Source: Antedon mediterranea (taxonomy: Eukaryota; Animalia; Echinodermata). Taken from it: 64,000 nucleotides of DNA. Made by a program: the position numbers and the translations under genes. The notes under the pieces were generated by a model. It saw only the letters and a program-made list of their open reading frames with translations. It was not told where the DNA came from and ran no database searches. This document shows positions 54,082 through 64,000 of the stretch, piece by piece. The DNA is taken from contig NC_092678.1 in the NCBI RefSeq assembly GCF_964355755.1, forward strand, positions 21,097,365 through 21,161,364, given 5' to 3'. Numbering within the stretch: position 1 is the first letter of the stretch; every line of letters begins with the position of its first letter.

Positions 54082-57000
54082 TTACTATTTAAGCATTATT
54101 TCCACATACACAAAAACTTGTACATAGAACTTGTTTATGTAATGTTTATTCCTCAGGTGACATGACACACCTTTGCACCTGGTCCATATTAAATATTAAA
54201 GTGCATTATTAATCCTACTGGAAGGAATGCTAATTCTTTATAGCAACTTAAGCCACTGAAAGTTAGAAGTTAGATTTTTATCTGTTCAAATTCATAGATC
54301 ATGTTAAATTATTCCACTGCAGGAGTTACTGCAGTATCTACATTTGTTAATGCAATAATGTATGATTGTAATCTATTTAAAAGTTTTATCAGGCAGTTAA
54401 CTGCAATAAAAGTGTGTACAATTACACACAAAAAGCCAGATATTACATAAAAGTTTAGTATTAAAAGTGCAGTAACTTACCTTATTAAAAAAAGCATTTT
54501 AGGATTTGATGAATACATTATTAATAATACTATTTCTCTCTCCACCCCCTTCATTCTGATTCATTAGCCAATCCACCTGCTTTTTGTCATTATTTTTATA
54601 TGTTTCAAGAAAACATTTAATTAAAGTTATATATACAATTTCAGTTTATACAGTATTTCATAATTTCTTATTTCAACTGTCAATTTCCCAACACCAGTTT
54701 AAATAAATAAAGTTTTCAATTAGGTATACCTCCTTCCTACTTTTAAGTGGTTTAGATTATATAATTACTCCCTTTTCAGCAACACTGAAAATAAAACACA
54801 CATGGGCCCCTGTAGAAAAACAACAATAGCTAGTTATGAAAGTAAACTTAAAGGTGTTACGACAGACAAAAATACCCTACGAGGCTTTTCTTAAAGTCGA
54901 TTGCGTCCTCAGGCTTGATACACGTGAATAAACATTCCAATCTTTTTAGAACAGTTTAGTATTTGTCGTTGCACACTTGATTGTAAAGATCGCGTGTAAA
55001 TTGAAATTCCTTTATTCGTATGACATCTAACGTGTGCCATGTAATTTATTTAATTTTGATTTAATTCGGTTTTTTTAAACATTTCTCTAGGATTTTTTTT
55101 TTTTTTTAGAACAAATTTTTTTTTATCATTACATTTTTTTTTTTCAACCATTATTTTTATTAAACAGAGTCAGAGACTTTTTTGTTATAACTTATAGATA
55201 TTTACTTTTATCCAAAATTTAATTCATAGTTTCTATAAAATAGAGACCTTTTAGCTTAATGCTTTCTGCATTTAAATGATGATAAATGATTTTCATTTGA
55301 TTTACAATGTATTTACATAAAACAATCATAAACAAACCTTGGAATTGCAGAGTCTGTCAATTCCTCCTCCCTGCTGATTCCACTCTCCTTTCACCTTGCC
55401 TGCACACCTGATGATGATGTCATATCACTATCATATTTGGGCATATCACTACCATATTTAGGCACATCACATTTTTTGTCACATAAAGTTTGATAGTGTT
55501 AGACAGAGCTTTTAGAGGCTTCCTGTGGTCTTTTGATTAATATTGGGCAAGTAAAAATTGTTTTAGATCAACTTGTAGACATTGCTTGCTAAAGGACAAC
55601 TTTAAAATTTGTATTAATAAAGTCCAGAATATAAATTACTATGATATATACAATTAAAACATATGTTTCAACCCTGGGGAATAAAATCTGTTATTTATTT
55701 AACTTGACATAATGGAGGAGGGATGGTGATAAATCACATTTAACTTTATACCAATAAACAATGTATATTTAAATTTCTTTAATATTTTAGAATTTTTTAC
55801 TGATACTGATTAACAATAGGAAACTTATACTTTATATTTACTGTATTAAAACTATTATACATACACATGTACAGTATTAATATTAATTATAAGCAATTAT
55901 CATAAATTAAAGTAAATCATTTAATTTAAATGTTTGACATAATAATGTTTCATTCTCGTTCTTAGGTATTTCCTTTTTATTTTTAAAATTACATCAAAAA
56001 TTAAAAGAATACAGTACTTTTATCTAAAATTGCAAACATTTTTAGGAAAAAAATAAATAAAATTTATGCTAAAACAAGACAAGGTACAGTAAGAATAGTT
56101 TATATTTTTTAAGGGTTTATTGTACCAAACATTAATAGGTTTAGTGACCACTTCTCATAGATTCATAAACATGTAACAGTTCCATAAGATAGGAAGGTGT
56201 TTCCGGCAACTTAAAATTAGATTTTTATCTACATCTAAGGGAAAACATAAAGGAGTGGAACCATACGAATAAATCACACTTAACACCAAAATAACTGCTT
56301 GAAAATGTCACGTCACTAGGGGTAATCGCCATGGTAACAGATACATTCCTGGTATGTGATTTACTTTCAAATTTGCTTAAATGGAAAAATAATGAATGGC
56401 TTTCAGAGAAATTTATTGGTAAAGGAAAATTGAATTAATATTATGGAAATATGGATGATTGAGAGTTACACGAAAATAAACCGGCCAAGGCCAAATAAAA
56501 CCAACAAGTCCGGGATTTGGATTTTTTTTTATCAGGAGCTTTACAATTATCTATTTCATTGTTATATCATCAGTTTGTTAGTTTAAAAGTATGCTTTGAT
56601 AAAGTTTAAAGAAGAAAAACAATAGCTTTTCCCCTTGTAACATTTTCCTCCAAGCGTAATATTGGTTTCCCCTAAAATGTGCAAAACGATAAAACAAATC
56701 TTAATTTCTTATCATATTTTTATGGCGTTTATAACACATCATTCTTTCCTTCATTATCTGTTTGTTTTTTTTTCAATACCAACACGATTTTGATAATTTC
56801 CTATTTGCTTTGATAATGCTTAGCCAGGCATGCCTGTACCTTCCTTCCGGATAAACCGTCCTATCTATAGTTAAGTTTCCCTTTAAATCTATTTTAATAT
56901 AAAGTGTGTAAATAAATTTGTTATGTTGGGGCAATAAAATTATTTTGAAACTTTCTACTGAGTGTGTTGCACTTAAGTTATTCTAAATACAACTTTCACT

Positions 57001-57877
57001 TAAAAGTACTGTAGGATCGGGAAAAAAAATCGAGGGACAGAAGCCTTTTAACCATTGTTTAGATCATCAATCCTGAACAAATTCTAAAATATTAAAATTA
57101 ATTATAACTTAGTTGAAAATGTTTATTTGTATGAAATTATCATAAATGTGATAATTATTGCTACTATTAATTATAATCATTTCTTGTATCATTTTCTTGC
57201 AAACATATGGCCGTGACATTTAAGTGCTAATCCACAAAAAAACAATTTAATGTCAATGTCATTAGCAATTAAATTCATATTAATAATTGGTATGTTGTCA
57301 TTGACAATGCCATTTAAATATGCCACTAGCTTTCCATTGACCAATAACAAGTAGCCTCATTTGCATAATAATAACATGCTGTCATTGACAAGTAGCATGA
57401 CAAACTATAGTAATATTTTACTATCAAAACAATCTCGAGGCCTCATTCAGCAATTTTCAAACCTAGTGTGAGATGGTTTGAAAACTCCTATAATAATCCA
57501 TTAAACCACCCAAGACATTTTCAGCATACCAAACGTTGGTAGTCTGACATCAGGGTCTCAGAGGACACGCTTCAATGGTTTCTGTTTCTCTCTTCAAACA
57601 AGCTTACAACTCCAAGTTGAAGGATATAGCAGTTGAACTTAATATACATAGGGAGTGTTCTGATACAAAACAATAAAAATGTTCGTTAAATAGGATTACA
57701 GACAAGATAAACATTAATTGTTATGTTGCTGTGGGATTGTTTATTTATGTTTCGAATCATACCTACGAGATGTTAGCTCATTGTTGAGTGTTTTTTTTTT
57801 CTTGGCTTTTTATACTGTGTGTGTACCACTTGTTGCCATAATGCCTAACATTGTTTTGGATTCTAAATTTGCTGCAG

Positions 57878-57927
57878 GTATGTTGAAGCCAGTCAAGAAC
57901 ATGAACATGCTCGGAAAATTACCAACG
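57878..57927 (+). CDS. MAGI: probable small MAGI linker exon after PDZ2 (GMLKPVKNMNMLGKLPT)
   Basis: ctgcag acceptor and GTAAGT donor. Phase-1 entry matches the previous exon and the frame is open. No recognisable domain motif. Confidence 0.6.
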
Positions 57928-58964
57928 GTAAGTTCATATTTCTTGCTTTGTTTGTTCACTCATCAATGAAATACTGTATATGACCGAGTATTCCATGCTT
58001 GATTATAATCCCACTCCTAATTTAGGTTGGCTAAACAGACAGACAACAGACTTTGGTATTACTCCATTGCTAATGCATTCCATGTATAATTGCACCCCTA
58101 ATTTTCTCCAAATTTCATATCCATGTGACTACAGTATACTCAGTCATATACAGTACTATTCATTTTTGCACTAGGCTTGTTAGGACCAAGTTCAAGTTAC
58201 CTAAATTTTGGACAAGCACTGGTCCAAAAATGGTCTATAATTTGAGCATGCCACATTCTTTGTAGATGAGAACATATACTGATATTAGTTGCTATAAAAC
58301 ATACAGTATAATTAAAATTTCTAACTCAAATTATACTGTAATACATTAGGTCTGGTCCTCACCGTGTCCCTCCCTCCCCCTTCCTCCACTGTTTCCTCCC
58401 CTCCCTGCCCTCCTAATAAATAAACCTATTTCCATTTTAAATCTCTTTTTTTTACACAACCATATTTTGGTCAATCAAAGAACTGAGCCCACCATCTTTT
58501 CCCCCAATACCGAACCAATAACAATGTTCAAACATGCAATTGATTTGGTGTTTTTAACCAAAAATACCAATTGAATCCTTGTTCTAAGAAAAATTGAGCC
58601 ATTATTCACTCACGATTTCCTTATGTAACTGTTCTAAATTGCATGTGAAATATTTTTTTCATTTTTATTTTCAATCCAAAAATACGTGCGTGTAATAATT
58701 AGAGTATATAATTATATAAGTTACATTATTTTAAACTATATTATAAACCATTAACATAATTTAAAATGAGATACTTAATTTTCTATATTAAAATTAATTA
58801 ATAATAACCTTTACAGACACTGCACTACAACTTCATTGTTTGGCAGGATCTAGAATATAAATGCTTTAAATTAAAAATCAATATTTTCTATTGATCTCGT
58901 TCTTGTCAGCTTGCTAGAATAAGCAGGTGGAATTTAGTATTCTTGCAAACAATGTTAAAGGTTA

Positions 58965-59112
58965 AGCTCTGTCTACACTATCAAACTTTATGTGATATGC
59001 CCATATATGGACATGATGATGTCATATCACTACCATATTTGTGCATTTCACTACCATATTTGAGCACATCGCACTTTTTTTGTCAAACTCGTTTGATAGT
59101 GTAGACAGAGAT
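58965..59112. mobile_element. AGCTCTGTCTACAC-family MITE, full length
   Basis: Both TIRs present and TTA on each side. Confidence 0.82.
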
Positions 59113-59958
59113 TTACAAACAATGTTAAAGGTTATAAAATGTTGGGAGAACTGGAGTTTAGAGCAAAATAAAATGAGGAAATTAATATCACCTGAGACCT
59201 GTGATATCATTTATAATGTGCCAATTCATCAGCTGTTACCTACAAAATAAAACCTGAGCTGTTTAGAGCAATATGGCATAATTGTAGGGTTAGTACTTAA
59301 GAAAATCCTGGTCAGCCAGTATAAATGATAAATTAAATGTTCCCATCTCATGACTGATGATAATATAAAACCATCCAAGTTAAATAAATAGCATTTAATA
59401 CCAACTTCTGTCCTCTTTGATTGATTGATTGTCGATCAATTCATTGATACCTTGAAAAGACAACCTGTTAACCATTTCCTATGTACATAATGATATAACA
59501 AATAGAAATAGCAATAATAGCTCACTTTTATTTATGCAAATTTTTCAATAATAAAACAATATGCAAATTAAACTATGCATACATCTTTCAACTTTTATTA
59601 TTATTATTATTAATAATAATATTACATTATGTTACAATGTGTTTATAGATCTCCTTTAATATAGTACTGTAGTATTAATGTGATAGTGCAAGAAATAATC
59701 TTGTAGTAGTATAATAATAGACAGGAGGTTTATTACAACATATTTGCATAATTGGTTGCCATGGATACATCAACCCAGACATAAATTTGTAGTTAATATA
59801 ATAAGATGCTGTTTTTATTATTAGTGCTAGATGAATGTAAAGCTGATCGTAAACTCCCCTCCCCCCCCCCCCAAGAAAATTGTGTAAACATAAAAAAAAC
59901 ATATGACTGGGGTAACATCCCCCACCCCAATATGACTATGTAACCCCCCTCCCTGTGG

Positions 59959-60178
59959 GACTAGTAACCCTCCCAGTATGACTAGTAACCCTCCCAGTAT
60001 GACTAGTAACCCTCCCAGTATGACTAGTAACCCTCCCAGTATGACTAGTAAATCCTCCCAGTATGACTAGTAAATCCTCCCAGTATGACTAGTAAATCCT
60101 CCCAGTATGACTAGTAAATCCTCCCAGTATGACTAGTAACCCTCCCAGTATGACTAGTAAATCCTCTCAGTAAGACTA
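59959..60178. repeat. 21/22-bp minisatellite, about 10 copies
   Basis: Unit GACTAGTAA(C/AT)CCTCCCAGTAT. Confidence 0.93.
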
Positions 60179-63100
60179 ACTTTGCCTTACTAATATTGTA
60201 AATTTGTAGTGCTCTTAAAATGTTACTAGTATTAGTAATATACTGTAGTGTTATTGTTTTGTATTGTATTTTCTTTATTCATATTATAGTAATAAGAATG
60301 TATGAATCATAATTCCCTTAATAATTTATGACTCATTATTGTTGTTGTTAAATAACATTTTCGTCATTACATATTTATTTTTTCATTTCAATATTATCGC
60401 TGAGAGCTTTCTCTTTCCTCTTTTAAATCTAGTTTAATTAACTTCCACTATTTCCCTCATTAACATTTCTTTTGCGTATATTTAATTATTAACTCCAAAA
60501 ATACATATGTCCCTTATTCTTAATAATAGTAACATAACCAGCAATTATCTATGATATTAGAATGTTTGGTAAGAAACGCCAACAATTACTGATGACAAAA
60601 GCGCTTGGCTTTGCAATCAATGAATCGGTAAAGAAAATATTTATGAAAACAAACCAACAATGAATATAGTTAGCGGAAAGCATTCATTGCTATAGTAGGA
60701 TATTTGTTTTGATGTGAATGGAAGTGTGATTTAATTGCATTTGGTTAAAATGACTTGGAGGGGTTATTTTCAGAAAGCAACTGGTGCAAGAGATTGTATA
60801 ATACAGTGTATTGATTCGACTGTATCTATTTCTGAAGGACCAGCTTAAGGCTGTAACAATAGACTTCCTATTAGGAATAATATTAGGCTGCATAATATTG
60901 TTGTACAATAGGGCCTGTTTCTGCAGCAAACAAATATTAATACATTATTAATAACTGCTTGATTGCATTTACCCCAATTTCTTAGTTTAGTAAATTACAT
61001 TTAACGATAATTTTTAAGGTGTTGGATTAGAACACCAATTGATTGGGTGTTAAAACGCCATTTAACCGCTTATCTCTGTGCAACTTTTAGCTGCAACACC
61101 AAATAATGCTCAGCTTTTTGAATAAACGCCTTGAAACTTCTGTGGCATCTTGAACTGAATGGTTAACCGCATTGACCACATTGTATTTTGAGATAATTTT
61201 TCCATTGACAACAAACCATTCATTTTAACAATTTTTTTGGGAATACAAACCTCGCAGAAATGTGGACGTTATAAACATTTATATTTTAAAAAGTTTTGCA
61301 GCAGAAATAGACTTATATTAAGTATCCAGGTTTTATTTATTACTTAAAGTTCATTCAAAATGATGTCATTTGCTTTTCTAGTTTGTTATTCTAAAGACAG
61401 TTGTTTACAATAAATCTGGACCCTTTAATAATAGAGAGAATCAAGGAATTTAAAAGGGCAATATTCTTTACAATACAGAGATTATTTTGAAGTATTTGTC
61501 AGCAGAAAATTGATTTTAAAGGCAAGAACGCTTTAAGAACAAAAGCAATCACCAAGCTTTTTATTGTTATTGATACTCAAAATATTTATATGCAAGAAAA
61601 AAGAAAGAATATATTCTACATTGAATAGAAAAAGATATGATGTGAAAAAACTTGTAACAACAATCATAGTAACAATCTTCATTGTAAAATATGAAAACTA
61701 TTATAAACTATTCTATATTTCAATGTCAAACACTCTTAAAATAAAAAATATAATTTTTATCTTCATAATATTTTGAAAAAAGAAAGAATTTACATTGAAT
61801 GGGAATGTGTTTATTGGAAAATTTGAAAACTTGAAAAATTAATCAATTCTATATTTCAATTTTAAACACTATATAATATATAAAATATTAATAATATTTA
61901 TCTTTATAATATTTTGAGGGGTAGGAAGATCTCCTCCTTAGGTGTCCTTGTAAATGCATTTCCTGCTTCCGGAAAAGACAAAGACTTTTCCAAGTTTTCA
62001 ATCGGAACGATAAGGAAAAGACTACGTACATGTGGTTAATATATGATGCAGAAATTATCTTTGAGGATCTTTTAATCTTTTTTCGAAGCAATTGAGTAGG
62101 TCCTTTTAGTCAACAAGTTGTGTGGGCTATTAGTAATATTCTTGTCTAGAAGTACTGTGAAATGTTAGAATGGTTATTAGAGAGGTTGGTTGAAAAGGAA
62201 TAATCTGAAAACATTTATATAAATATATATAATTATTTAATTTGTATGAGGTCTGTAGTTCTTAGTATGCGTCATGATGTATGGACATTCCATGCCCAAA
62301 GTGTAGCGAAAGTGGCTATAGTAAAGTGGTCTTTCAGGATGCTATTTTTACTTGACCTACTTTCAGAGCAGTCTATTGCTACTATTTACAATTACCTGTA
62401 GTACAGTAGGTGGGCATTTAAAGATCAAACTTTATTTTTTAAAGGGACAGTGCAACACACTGGTTCAAAATACTTAGTTTTAAAGGGACATAAGATACAA
62501 AGGAGAGAATGAAATATTATACAATTAATAAATGAGTTCAACAAATGAAATATTCTCCACTATCCAACAAATACAAAGCATTCATTATTTATTCTATTGA
62601 ACACTGCTATGAAGTAACTCAGAATTGCAATACTGCCCTCAATCTGTATAGTATGAACTTTTTCATTTCCATATAATGTTGTGTTCTGCGTTCATCAGGA
62701 ACAGATGTTTATGACACATAACTTATTTAAAAAAAAAAAAATTCACAATTCAATTAATAAGCATATGTATTATATTATATGACATATGATATCAAAATGA
62801 ACTTTCAAATAATTTTTAATTCAATGTTATCTCAATATGTATTTATATTTAAATTTCCAATCCAATGAAAGCACACCAGGAATAAAATTAGACTATTTTC
62901 CACTTGGACTTTAGTTGGTCTAAATAAAGGGTGAAAGAAAAACAAAAAAATACTACCAGAAAATGAAATTCATAATAATATATACATTATGTTTTTATTA
63001 TGCATCATGTTAATCATAATTACTGGCAAATTATCTTTATAGACTGAAAATTATATTTGTATTGCTTACCATTATCGCTATGGCAAATGTACGTGTCAGT

Positions 63101-64000
63101 GTGATTACTATTTAGGATACTAGTATTTATTCAAGGACAACCCAATCTGTAATTTAGTTTTATTACAAAAAATTATGATTTTTGCAATATATGCAAGAAA
63201 TAAAATGTTATGTTTCATTTATATATTTCTTTTATTGAATTTTGGGAAACAAAATAAATATCTTTATTCTGAACTATGATGTCATTTAGAAATTGGGCAA
63301 GCAGTAGTATTTGGGAAAGTAAAACTATTAATTAATTTTTAACTTAATTTAAATCAATTCAATTTAAGGCCTGTCTACAATACAGGTAATAATTTTAACA
63401 TAGTTTATAATCGGACTAGTTACTAACATGTGGACTAGTAAAATATTGTTAATTAGCCCAAAATAAAGATTTAAATGATAAATACATATATTCTTGTTAG
63501 AAATCGAGCAATTTGAAAATAGTTGCCCAAAGGATTATTACAAATGTAAATCATCACATGCATTACAAAAATATCTCAGTTGTCTTTTGAATAATTCAAA
63601 GTGTGATGTGTGTATAAAGACGTATGATTGTAAACAGTTAGTTCACTACTCTGTTCTGTTGACAACACTACCAGCTTATTTTTATACGAGTTTGGCAGTT
63701 ACCATGAAATGGATTTTAGCACGGTCTTCGTCTCATAATATATTCTAACATGGAGGAAACTAATAAAGAAGTAAGTTGTTTTTAACTGTTTATGACACGT
63801 TTAAGGCGTGATAGGTTTCCATACATTTAATTGCTGTTATTAAAAGTTGATACTTTTACTGGTGTAAATTAACTTTCATTTTCATTTCTTCTTTTAAACA
63901 ATGTCCTTTAATGGTGTAGTTTATGAATTGTTGTTGGCATAGGTTAGCTTTGTGTTATTAATGTTTGGTTGTTTGTACATGGTACAATGTGGAAAAGTGC

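Overview
AT-rich, intron-rich animal genomic DNA, probably an invertebrate (taxon is inference only), not prokaryotic. The + strand carries the middle of a MAGI gene (membrane-associated guanylate kinase, inverted). I traced nine well-supported exons from 17881 to 51858 encoding the GK domain, WW1, WW2, PDZ1 and PDZ2, plus a probable 50-nt exon at 57878-57927. All junctions are GT-AG and phase-compatible. No 5' PDZ0 exons or later PDZ exons were found here. A complete three-coding-exon antisense gene (35727 to 26610, about 372 aa) is nested in the 15.2-kb intron that splits the GK domain. It encodes a Myb/SANT-like DNA-binding domain, an acidic linker and a C-terminal coiled coil, resembling MSANTD or Harbinger-ORF1-derived proteins. 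The introns hold many non-autonomous DNA transposons (Tc2/pogo-like, PIF/Harbinger-like, Kolobok-like), tRNA-derived SINEs, LINE 3' ends and minisatellites. Repeat units repeatedly show TA changed to TACTGTA, the classic Tc1/mariner excision footprint. No CRISPR array, rRNA, intact tRNA or autonomous transposase was found. I cannot claim a demonstrably new system; the nested gene and the footprint signature are the best leads. Coordinates were counted by hand.
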